Shown: positions 19,965 through 27,886 of the stretch, piece after piece
How the letters are laid out: each line of letters starts with the position of its first letter
Position numbering within the stretch: the stretch's first letter is position 1
Origin: a virus
DNA: 64,000 bases
Reading direction: 5' to 3' (one strand)
IMG/VR virus record: IMGVR_UViG_3300033418_000001
Coordinates: 1 to 64,000 of that record
Translations under genes and position numbers: made by a program
Notes under the pieces: model-generated
The model's database searches: none
What the model was told of the DNA's origin: nothing
What the model saw: only the letters and a program-made list of their open reading frames with translations

Positions 19965-20387
19965 CTACAGATTGATGTCGAAGTAGCCCGCCGCGATGGT
20001 CACCACATCAGGAGGTGTGACAGTGATGGGCGTGACATCCGCCCACGCCACCACGTGCCCTGCGCTCGCCGCGTCCATCAGCGCCGCTGCGTACACCGTG
20101 CCCCACGACGTGCCCGCTGCCGCGAAGGCGATGTCGGTGTCGTTGTCGGTGTGCCCCGAGGCCGAGACGTTGAAGAGGATGGACGTGGTGGCCATGATCT
20201 TCACCCGAGCGTAGGTGTCGCCCGCCATCTCGGTGGCCGAACCGATGTTGTCCGCGCGCAGGTAGACGCTCGATCCCGCCGCCATGAAGAGGGCCACCCA
20301 ACAGGACGCGGGAGGCGTGAAGGAAGTGCCACGCCACATGAAGTCGTTGACCTTGTTGGCGTAGTAGACCGAGAGACCTGAAGCCAT
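19965..20387 (-). CDS. Phage tail protein
   Basis: LS.YYANK...WVALF...YARV...IAF..A..WGTV...LMDA pattern of small tail proteins; GGAGG RBS. Confidence 0.65.
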   Translation of the reverse strand: MASGLSVYYANKVNDFMWRGTSFTPPASCWVALFMAAGSSVYLRADNIGSATEMAGDTYARVKIMATTSILFNVSASGHTDNDTDIAFAAAGTSWGTVYAAALMDAASAGHVVAWADVTPITVTPPDVVTIAAGYFDINL

Positions 20388-20398
20388 GGTGATGCCTC

Positions 20399-21346
20399 CT
20401 ACTTCGTTTGAGTGATCTTCAACTGAATGCGGTCATGGATCAGCGTGCCGAGCGACGCCCCGGGCGTGACTCGCTTGATCCAGAACGACACGTACCGCCC
20501 TGCCTTGATGGTGTCCCACTGAGCAAGCGGGCCGAAGGCCAACGGCGCCAACTTGTACGTGCTGTCTATCTCGTCCACGATCACCCGGGAGATGGCCTCC
20601 GTGGTGCCGTTGGAGTCCTGCACCACCTCCACCCCTTCATCAGCGGTCAGCGCCCATGGCGTCTTGCCATCGAGCAGCATCGACCACGGCGCCGTCACCC
20701 GGGCCGTCTTCAGCCACGGCGCTTGCAAGGTGAGGTAGCGCAACTGCTTCGACTCCTGCTCTGCCGTGGTCATGGTGCCGTTGTGCGTCGGCGTGGTGAT
20801 CAGTTCCTCGGCCACCTCAGCGAAGCCCAACGCCGGTTGCTGTGCGATGGTGACCTGCACCTTGCCGGTGTCCACCGTGCCCTCGTTCTTGATGTAGGCG
20901 CAGCGGTACTCCACGCGCCCCGCAGAACGGTCGCTCGCGGTCACGTCATCGAGCAGGTTGTTCTTCACCGTCGCCACGACGAAGTTGCCCGAGGTCATGG
21001 CCCCCGGCAGGGAGGAAGTCACGACATTGACCGTCAGGTAGGAGCCGAAGTCGCCCTCCAACGTGTAGAGGCCGTCGCTCCCCACCATCGTGTAGTGCCA
21101 GTAGACGCCGTTGTAGAAGACCTCCAACATCCCGTTGACCGGGGTGTAGAGCATCGAGTGCGTGCCCACCGGCACGTTGACGGCTTCGCCGAGCGTGATG
21201 CCCGAGATGGGCGTGCCCGACCACGTGGCGCGCAGCGACGAGAAGGCACCGAGGTGCTGTTGACTGACCGCACCCCCGAGACTGCTCAGGGGCGCCGTGT
21301 TCGACGCGCCCCCCGAGAGGTACAGCCGCAGGATACTGGTGCCCAT
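20399..21346 (-). CDS. Tail protein (paralog family with 21366..22139 and 26111..27103)
   Basis: SGGASN..P..SLGGA; NNLLDDV..DRSAG..EYRCAYIKN; FWIKRVTP. Confidence 0.6.
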   Translation of the reverse strand: MGTSILRLYLSGGASNTAPLSSLGGAVSQQHLGAFSSLRATWSGTPISGITLGEAVNVPVGTHSMLYTPVNGMLEVFYNGVYWHYTMVGSDGLYTLEGDFGSYLTVNVVTSSLPGAMTSGNFVVATVKNNLLDDVTASDRSAGRVEYRCAYIKNEGTVDTGKVQVTIAQQPALGFAEVAEELITTPTHNGTMTTAEQESKQLRYLTLQAPWLKTARVTAPWSMLLDGKTPWALTADEGVEVVQDSNGTTEAISRVIVDEIDSTYKLAPLAFGPLAQWDTIKAGRYVSFWIKRVTPGASLGTLIHDRIQLKITQTK

Positions 21347-21348
21347 TT

Positions 21349-21362
21349 TGCAGATGTCTGCA
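21349..21362. repeat. Dispersed palindrome copy 5 (TGCAGATGTCTGCA), intergenic
   Basis: Exact match; fills most of the 19-nt gap between two tail genes. Confidence 0.9.
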
Positions 21363-21365
21363 CGG

Positions 21366-22139
21366 TCACACGGTCGCCGCGAGCGCGAGTACCGCCGTGT
21401 TGGCGATCACGGTGCCCCGAGTCTCCACCGGGACGGTGCGGCGCAGCCAGATGGCCTGCCACTGGCCTGCGGTGAGGTTGCCGATGACCAGTGACGAGGC
21501 GTAGGTCGTGGGGGCACTGAAGGTCACCGCCGTGGGTGCCGTGGTTTCGTTGCCGATCTGCTGCTCCGTGCTGCCCTTGGCCGACGTGCCGATGCCGATG
21601 GCGATGTCGTCCCCCGCCGGGGTGTTGGTCTTGACCCACAGCCGCACGTCCACCGCCGTGTCCGTGGCGTGCGTGTTCAGCACGTAGTGGCAGCGGTAGC
21701 TCGTCTTGCCCGAGAGGGCTTGCGCCGCCGTCACGTTGTCGAAGACGTTCTGCTGCTCGTTGCTGATGGTGAGCGAGTCCACCTTGTCCGATGATGGCAG
21801 GCTCGCGTAGGTCACCGTGACGACTAGGTAGCCCGCGCTGCTGCCGATCAGGTAGGTGCCGTTGGTGGACACGGCCACGCCGTAGTACGTGGTCTGCCCG
21901 AACGGCTTCCACCCGAGGGTCTTGGTCGAGTTGGTGTACTGCAAACTGCCCACGCCCTCGGGGTTGCCGAAGGCGTCGGTGATCACCACCCCGGTGATGG
22001 TGTTGGGCGTGGTCGAGGTCTGCGACTTGATGCGCTTGGTCCCCGCTGTCGAGATGGCGCCCCCCAAGTCGGCAGCGGGATCGACGTTGGCCGATCCCCC
22101 CGAGTGCACGAAGATGAGGTCGTTGATCTTGATCGCCAT
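21366..22139 (-). CDS. Tail protein (paralog family)
   Basis: SGGSAN.DP...LGGAIS; NVFDNV...SGKTSYRCHYVLN; IWLRRTVP. Confidence 0.6.
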   Translation of the reverse strand: MAIKINDLIFVHSGGSANVDPAADLGGAISTAGTKRIKSQTSTTPNTITGVVITDAFGNPEGVGSLQYTNSTKTLGWKPFGQTTYYGVAVSTNGTYLIGSSAGYLVVTVTYASLPSSDKVDSLTISNEQQNVFDNVTAAQALSGKTSYRCHYVLNTHATDTAVDVRLWVKTNTPAGDDIAIGIGTSAKGSTEQQIGNETTAPTAVTFSAPTTYASSLVIGNLTAGQWQAIWLRRTVPVETRGTVIANTAVLALAATV

Positions 22140-22140
22140 C

Positions 22141-22368
22141 TCACTTCTCCTTCTTCTTCATCTTGGCGGGCAGTCGGATGCCCGCGATCACGATGTTGGG
22201 GGGCGGCTTGGTGCCCCGCTTCGCGCGCTCTTCCTGTTCGTCCTTGAACTTGTCCTTCTCCTTGCCATGGAACGTGGCTCGTTGCTGCGCCCTCTTCTGC
22301 TCTTCGTCGGTGGTGTCAGTTTGCTTGATCCGTTGCAGCATCCCGAGCAAGTTCACTTCCGTGGTCAT
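22141..22368 (-). CDS. Small basic hypothetical protein
   Basis: Fills the gap with an ATGA overlap on the coding strand. Confidence 0.5.
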   Translation of the reverse strand: MTTEVNLLGMLQRIKQTDTTDEEQKRAQQRATFHGKEKDKFKDEQEERAKRGTKPPPNIVIAGIRLPAKMKKKEK

Positions 22369-24359
22369 ATCGGTCCCCCGGTATGGAAGCGGTCGCCGCC
22401 CACCAGAGCGCCGAGGTCGCCGTCAGGCCAAAGTTGTGTGTGCACCTTCTCTTCCCCGTTGTTGGTGTCGGGGTAGATCAAAGACAGCACGGTGTGGTCC
22501 TTCTCGTTCGATGCGAACACCCCCTCGCGGTAGCAGTAGGTGGGGTGCATAAAGTAGTGATTGACCTCGGGCCGTTGCAGGTACGGGTTCTCCAAGTCGG
22601 TCCAGTAGGCGCCCTTGAAGAAGGTGCGCCATGCCGGTTCCCAAATCGAGGCGTCGTCATTCACGTTCATGGGCACACCTTGATACGTCCTGCCTTCGAT
22701 CTGCTCCGGCTCTGCCACCGACACCCCAAGGTCCGCATCAGCCCACGCATCCCGCTCCACAGTGGTCCACCCCATCATGCTGAAGATGTAGCCGAGATTC
22801 ACCACCTCTTCAGTGAACCGGTTGTAGATGTCCCCCGTGTTCACTGGGATGTCGAAGTTCTTGCCCCCCACCTCCATCTTCTCTGAGTAGGTGGTGAGGT
22901 CCGCCGTCGTTTCGTAGTCGTAGAGGATGTTGTTGTACCGCACGTAGCCAACGATCAGCTTCGACCGCAGGTCCACGTGATGGATGAAGGTGTCGATGGA
23001 GTCCCAGAAGTAGAAGTACGGGTCTTCCTCCGTGGGACCGCCGCCGAGCATCATCGACTTGGTGCCGATCAGACCCCACCCAAGATAAAAACTGAGAGCA
23101 ATATCTGTGATGGTGTAGCCGATGTTGAGCTTGATCTTCTGGTTGCTACCAAGGCCCACCCATGGAGTGTGATCGCCGAAGGAATCGAAGTCCGAGGGTG
23201 GGTACTTCTGCCCCTGCGTGTTGCCAGTGTTGGGCGACGGTCCACCTGTATCCACCCCGAGGGTCCAAAACTGCTGCACTCCGAAGTGACAGTCGTAGTT
23301 GAGCCACGCATACACCCACGCGCCCCGCACATCGTCCCAGTCCACCGCTACCTTGTGGTCTCCTTGCATGAACAGCGCGTAGGAGACCCAATCCTCTTCC
23401 CAGTTGTGTACGACGCCGCCGGGGCCGGGTTCCACGTCGGTCCATGGCTCTTCCGTGCCACGAAATATCTGCTCCCACACCGCGATCTGATTGCCCCCGG
23501 TATCTACTGGGCAGTAGTCGCTGCCTATCTCAATGTCCAAGAACACCACGTTGTGCGAGACCGGGCTGTAGTTCATGAGCATTTCGATGAAGCTGTCCTC
23601 TTCCCGATCCTGACCCGCAGCATCGGTGAAGACAATCTTGCGCCGACGCATGGTACGCGCCTGCGTGCCGTCCTCGTTGAAGAACCACGGAGTGTCGGGG
23701 GCGTAGCCCTGATCGAGGACATAGGACGCTGAACGGAACACCCAACCATTGGGGTTGTACTGGGAATCCGCGAGGGCTTCCATACCCTCACGCACGGCGT
23801 CAGTCAGGGAGTCATAGCGAATCGGAGTTGGCAGAGGGCGGGTGTACACCTCATCGACCATACCGTTCTTGCAAATGGCGACGAGGGTCTTCACCTTCTG
23901 CTCTGTGATGGGGTCCGTGTGTTCGCAAAACGCTGCTCCGAGGACAGGGTACGGGGCACAGGACAGCACCTTACCATCCATGTAAATCTCACGGTGCTTG
24001 GGTTCCCCGTCATAGACGAAGTTGCCCGGGTTCCAATGCCGCGCCGGAGGCCCGTTCACGGTGATGATGAAGCGCCGCTCCTGCTTCTTCACGTCACGCC
24101 ATGGGCCACGCCAGTCGATGTTGCCCACCGCTTGGTGGTAGACGCTCTTACGCCGCTTCCACGCGCCCTTGCTGATGCCCACCACGCGATTCGGATTGGG
24201 TCCGCCCGCTGTCCCCGGCTCGATGGGCGCCCCGGCGCCGGTTGTGTAAGGCTCACCCCACCCGGCAGGCTGTTCCATGGAATGGGGGAAGACGATGAAG
24301 CCCGACTGCACGCCCGAGTCGTACTTGGTGGGGTTGTAGAGGATCGCTTGGAAGTTCAT
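22365..24359 (-). CDS. Hypothetical aromatic/acidic tail protein
   Basis: 664-aa ORF in the tail module, coupled to both neighbours. Confidence 0.6.
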   Translation of the reverse strand: MNFQAILYNPTKYDSGVQSGFIVFPHSMEQPAGWGEPYTTGAGAPIEPGTAGGPNPNRVVGISKGAWKRRKSVYHQAVGNIDWRGPWRDVKKQERRFIITVNGPPARHWNPGNFVYDGEPKHREIYMDGKVLSCAPYPVLGAAFCEHTDPITEQKVKTLVAICKNGMVDEVYTRPLPTPIRYDSLTDAVREGMEALADSQYNPNGWVFRSASYVLDQGYAPDTPWFFNEDGTQARTMRRRKIVFTDAAGQDREEDSFIEMLMNYSPVSHNVVFLDIEIGSDYCPVDTGGNQIAVWEQIFRGTEEPWTDVEPGPGGVVHNWEEDWVSYALFMQGDHKVAVDWDDVRGAWVYAWLNYDCHFGVQQFWTLGVDTGGPSPNTGNTQGQKYPPSDFDSFGDHTPWVGLGSNQKIKLNIGYTITDIALSFYLGWGLIGTKSMMLGGGPTEEDPYFYFWDSIDTFIHHVDLRSKLIVGYVRYNNILYDYETTADLTTYSEKMEVGGKNFDIPVNTGDIYNRFTEEVVNLGYIFSMMGWTTVERDAWADADLGVSVAEPEQIEGRTYQGVPMNVNDDASIWEPAWRTFFKGAYWTDLENPYLQRPEVNHYFMHPTYCYREGVFASNEKDHTVLSLIYPDTNNGEEKVHTQLWPDGDLGALVGGDRFHTGGPI

Positions 24360-24757
24360 AGGAAATTGCTCAGAACCTTCTGCACGATGGCGACAAGCTT
24401 CTGTCGATCAGGCGAGAAGATCGGGTTCTCGCGGGCGTACCACGACGTGGTGTGCGTGGACGGCCCCGCCCCCAACAGCGTCTCCGCTTCCTGCACGCCA
24501 TCCACGGCTTCAAGATTGGCGCCCACACCCTTCTTCCGCTCACGGTCCATGAGACCGGTGGTGTCGTCGTAGCGCCACTCCCACATGTAGCCGCTGTCGG
24601 TGGCGAAGATCACCCGTTGGATGACCTCGGTGGTCAACTGCGGGCCACCGTAGTCTTCCGGCACTTCGCCCTCGGCGAACACACCTTCGTCGGTGATGAC
24701 GACGATGCCATACCACTTGATCCACCACTGGTAGCGGGCATAGACGGGGATTTCCAT
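24356..24757 (-). CDS. Hypothetical tail-region protein
   Basis: Coupled ORF on the coding strand. Confidence 0.5.
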   Translation of the reverse strand: MEIPVYARYQWWIKWYGIVVITDEGVFAEGEVPEDYGGPQLTTEVIQRVIFATDSGYMWEWRYDDTTGLMDRERKKGVGANLEAVDGVQEAETLLGAGPSTHTTSWYARENPIFSPDRQKLVAIVQKVLSNFL

Positions 24758-24760
24758 GGG

Positions 24761-26107
24761 CTACACCTTCTTGTCCGTCAACGCCTTCATGACGGGGCCG
24801 GAGAGTTGCAGCGTCGCATTCTGGTCCCCGTTGAGGGCGATGATCCATGCCGTCATGAACTCGCCCGTGGCATCGTCGTAGTCGAAGATGAACTCGTTGC
24901 GAATGGCCGTGATCGAGTAGTCCACGTTGACCAAGCCATAGGCAGCGATGGAGTTGCCGAACTGATCGGCGCACACCAGTTCGTCCACCCCCACCACGCG
25001 ATCACGCGGGTTGATTGGCTCCGTCTCGCTCTTCCAGTCCACGACGCGCACGGTCTCCCCGGGCTTGCGGATGATCGGCGTGAAGGCCGTGCCCCACTTG
25101 TTGACGAACTGCCCCACCGGCACGATGGCGATGTCGCCTGCCGGTTGGAAGCGCAGCGACGCCGAGGGGGTGCCGCTGAAGGACAGGGCTTCCGCCACCG
25201 GAGCCATGGTGGCCGGTTCCGACGACACGAAGTTCCCAGAGGTGAACCTGTAGGTGGGAAGGACCGCAGGCACGCACAGCACGTGGCACCCGGCAGTGGG
25301 GATGGCGGACCCCGGCTTGGTCGTCAAGCGCACCGGGGAGTTGGGGTCGATCACCAAGCGCAACTTGGGCATCAGCGACCCTGTGCCCTCGCGGATGGCC
25401 CACTGCTTCGGCTCCGTGACCTGCCCTTCCTTCTCGCCCGATCCCGGGGTGAGCGTGAGGCTCGCCACGATTTCGTCGGGGTCCACATCCGGCGGCGGGT
25501 TGGAGCGCCGCGCGAGGATCAGCATGGGGTGCCCACGCGGCTCCTGATCGTCCTCGGGGTTGGGATACGAGTTGGGGTTCTGCGGGTTGGGCAGAGGCAC
25601 CGGACGCGGCAGCAGAGGCCGTACTTCGAAGTGCGCGAGCCACAGGTCGTAGGGCGCCCGGTACTCCACCTTCACCATGCCGAAGCACGGCGCCGACGCC
25701 CTGATGATGTTGCGAAGGGAGTCGTAGGTGATGGTGATCACCGCCGAGTAGGGCGGGGTCGCCGCGAGCAGCGAACCGAGCAGTTCGAACCGCACCCCAG
25801 AGGGCTTCGGGTACTTCAACAGCACCCACGGGTCACCGCCGCTGAAGGTGATGATTTCGAAGACCCGCTTCTGCAACGTCGGCACCGAGGCGGACACCGT
25901 GCCCGAGCTTGTCGTGAAGCGAAGCTCGTCCGCCGCCGGGTGCACGCGGAAGTATTGCGCGGGGGTGCCGATCACCGGCCCCGAGGGGACGATGGGCGGG
26001 CGGTTGGACGCCTCCAACAGCCATCGCTTGGCATCGGCCCCCGGGAGTGAGCTTGAGGAGGTACCGTCGCCGAAGGTGGCGGTGACCGAGGTGTTGATCA
26101 GGCCCAC
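24761..26107 (-). CDS. Tail protein with internal duplication
   Basis: Two similar halves: FTTSSG...EIITFSG..L.YP...G.VKVEY and FTSG...EALSFSG..L.FQP...G.VNVDY. Confidence 0.55.
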   Translation of the reverse strand: MGLINTSVTATFGDGTSSSSLPGADAKRWLLEASNRPPIVPSGPVIGTPAQYFRVHPAADELRFTTSSGTVSASVPTLQKRVFEIITFSGGDPWVLLKYPKPSGVRFELLGSLLAATPPYSAVITITYDSLRNIIRASAPCFGMVKVEYRAPYDLWLAHFEVRPLLPRPVPLPNPQNPNSYPNPEDDQEPRGHPMLILARRSNPPPDVDPDEIVASLTLTPGSGEKEGQVTEPKQWAIREGTGSLMPKLRLVIDPNSPVRLTTKPGSAIPTAGCHVLCVPAVLPTYRFTSGNFVSSEPATMAPVAEALSFSGTPSASLRFQPAGDIAIVPVGQFVNKWGTAFTPIIRKPGETVRVVDWKSETEPINPRDRVVGVDELVCADQFGNSIAAYGLVNVDYSITAIRNEFIFDYDDATGEFMTAWIIALNGDQNATLQLSGPVMKALTDKKV

Positions 26108-26110
26108 GGG

Positions 26111-27103
26111 TTATGCGCTCTCGCCGTCCACTGCCACGATGACGCTGTTGCCCGAGAGGGACGCCGCCCCCGCAGGCACCTGCCGCCGGTACCACAGCGG
26201 GATCGACGCAGGCGACGTGCGGAAGGTGATGGTGTTCCCCGTGGCCCACGTGCCGCCGAAGCCCGCCGAGCGCAGCGTGAAGTACGGCTTGCTGAAGTCG
26301 GCGTTGACCGGCGAGAAGTCGGACGACACGTTGCCCGCGCCGACGCTGCCGAGCGTGTCGCCCGTGACCGTGAAGCCGGTGGCCGAGTTGAAGGTCAGGG
26401 TCCAGTCCTGCTCGATGGAAGCGATGCTGTCGCACTCCACCGGGTAGGTGCCCTCGTTGTAGGTGCCCGCGCCCGTCTCGGTCCAGTTGGCGACCGCGCA
26501 GGCCACGTCACCCGGCTCGTACACCGAGGCGACCTTGGTCACCGTGGCGCTATAGCCGTTGGCGAGGACCGGCGTGAAGCTGAACGTGGCGACGTTGCCC
26601 ACGTAGGAGGCCGCACCCGTGAGGGTCACGTACTCCTCGTTGCCCGCGCCACCGATGCTCGCCTTGTCGCTGATCCGCACCTTCATGCCGTTGGCGAAGA
26701 TGCCGAGCGCCGAGTCTTCCGTCAGCACCGACATGCTGCCCGCGCCCGCACTCACGTTGCCGTTGAGCAGGCCCGCGCCGTACTTCTGCTCGCTGCCGGT
26801 GATGGCCGACTGGGTGTTGCGCTGCGTGCCCGCGATGAAGGTCACGTTGTCGTCCCCGGGCGTGCGCGTCTCCACGAACACCTTGGGTGCGACGAAGGAG
26901 AGGTCCGCATCGTTGGCGACGTGGATGAACACCTTGCGCCACTTCGTGCTGCCTGCGGTGCGCTCCGCTTGGGGCACGTCGGGGAACACGTTGTTCTTGG
27001 TGGCCGAGGTGATCGCCGTGGCCGTCATGCGACCGCCGTTGGTCCCTGCGTCCGACACTTCGGCGGGCCGACGCCACACCAGTTCCGCTGCGATGATGCT
27101 CAT
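26111..27103 (-). CDS. Tail protein (paralog family)
   Basis: NGGRM...NNVFPDVPQAERTAGSTKWRKVFIHV...LWYRRQVP; follows the tape-measure cluster. Confidence 0.65.
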   Translation of the reverse strand: MSIIAAELVWRRPAEVSDAGTNGGRMTATAITSATKNNVFPDVPQAERTAGSTKWRKVFIHVANDADLSFVAPKVFVETRTPGDDNVTFIAGTQRNTQSAITGSEQKYGAGLLNGNVSAGAGSMSVLTEDSALGIFANGMKVRISDKASIGGAGNEEYVTLTGAASYVGNVATFSFTPVLANGYSATVTKVASVYEPGDVACAVANWTETGAGTYNEGTYPVECDSIASIEQDWTLTFNSATGFTVTGDTLGSVGAGNVSSDFSPVNADFSKPYFTLRSAGFGGTWATGNTITFRTSPASIPLWYRRQVPAGAASLSGNSVIVAVDGESA

Positions 27104-27279
27104 TGCTTCTCTCCTTGGTCAATGGCAGGCATGGCCTTGCACTCGGTGAAGAACTTCCGCTCTGCGTGTTCGCCCTTCTTGCCGATGTTGAACGAGGTGA
27201 CGGGCCGGTGATAGCCCATCACGCGCGTCCACACCTCGCACCTCTGGCGTTCATCCGCTTCCAACACGATCTGGTCCAT
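27100..27279 (-). CDS. Stand-alone NrdD C-terminal (glycyl-radical) mini-protein, 59 aa
   Basis: Not in the ORF track. Manual translation: MDQIVLEADERQRCEVWTRVMGYHRPVTSFNIGKKGEHAERKFFTECKAMPAIDQGEKQ*. RVMGY plus FN.GK..E..ER matches the class III RNR C-terminus. AGGAGG RBS; ATGA overlap with the downstream gene. Confidence 0.8.
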   Translation of the reverse strand: MDQIVLEADERQRCEVWTRVMGYHRPVTSFNIGKKGEHAERKFFTECKAMPAIDQGEKQ

Positions 27280-27287
27280 GCTGCCTC

Positions 27288-27674
27288 CTATGCGACGGTC
27301 ATGAGCTTGATTTCCCCGGCGAAGTAGTCTTCGGCGAGGGGCACCGCTCGCAACAGGAGCGGGCGAAGGGACACGGCAGGGGCTTCATGGTGCCTGAAGA
27401 TCACGCTGAAGGTCTCCGCGCCGAGTTCAAGGGTGTAGATCGCCCCGGGCGACTGTGCAGATGTCTGCACGGCGTCGGCCATGGCCTTGGTGAGCCACCC
27501 CTGATCCTCCAAGGCGACGAGGGTGATGGGCATCCCGGCCTGCCACGTGCGCGTGTAGACGACGGGCGAGCCGTCGAGCGTCACCTGCACCTCTTGGATC
27601 ACCTGAGAGTAGGCGTAGCGTTCCACCCACACCATGTTGGGGTTGAGCGTGATGCCCGCGAGGATGATGGCCAT
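27288..27674 (-). CDS. Distal-tail-like protein
   Basis: Shortly after the tape measure; TLDGSPVV...GMPITL...GWLT...VIFRH pattern. Confidence 0.55.
   Translation of the reverse strand: MAIILAGITLNPNMVWVERYAYSQVIQEVQVTLDGSPVVYTRTWQAGMPITLVALEDQGWLTKAMADAVQTSAQSPGAIYTLELGAETFSVIFRHHEAPAVSLRPLLLRAVPLAEDYFAGEIKLMTVA
27456..27469. repeat. Dispersed palindrome copy 6 (TG type), intragenic
   Basis: Exact match. Confidence 0.9.
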
Positions 27675-27676
27675 GA

Positions 27677-27886
27677 TCAGAGCGTCCACAGTTCAGGGGG
27701 CGAGGAGATGCGCCGGATGTTGTCCTTGACCGCACCGCAGCCCGGGCACGCCACGCGCCGGTAGTGGTGCAGCCCGTCGTCTTCCTTCACGCCCTTGGTG
27801 TGCGACTGGTAGATGATGCCGCAGCGGCACTCCACCTCGTTGGGGAGGTACTGATCGAACACGTGCCAGTCGATGATGGCAGTCAT
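27677..27886 (-). CDS. Small zinc-binding protein
   Basis: CRCG...CPGCG; coupled to the tape-measure stop. Confidence 0.5.
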   Translation of the reverse strand: MTAIIDWHVFDQYLPNEVECRCGIIYQSHTKGVKEDDGLHHYRRVACPGCGAVKDNIRRISSPPELWTL

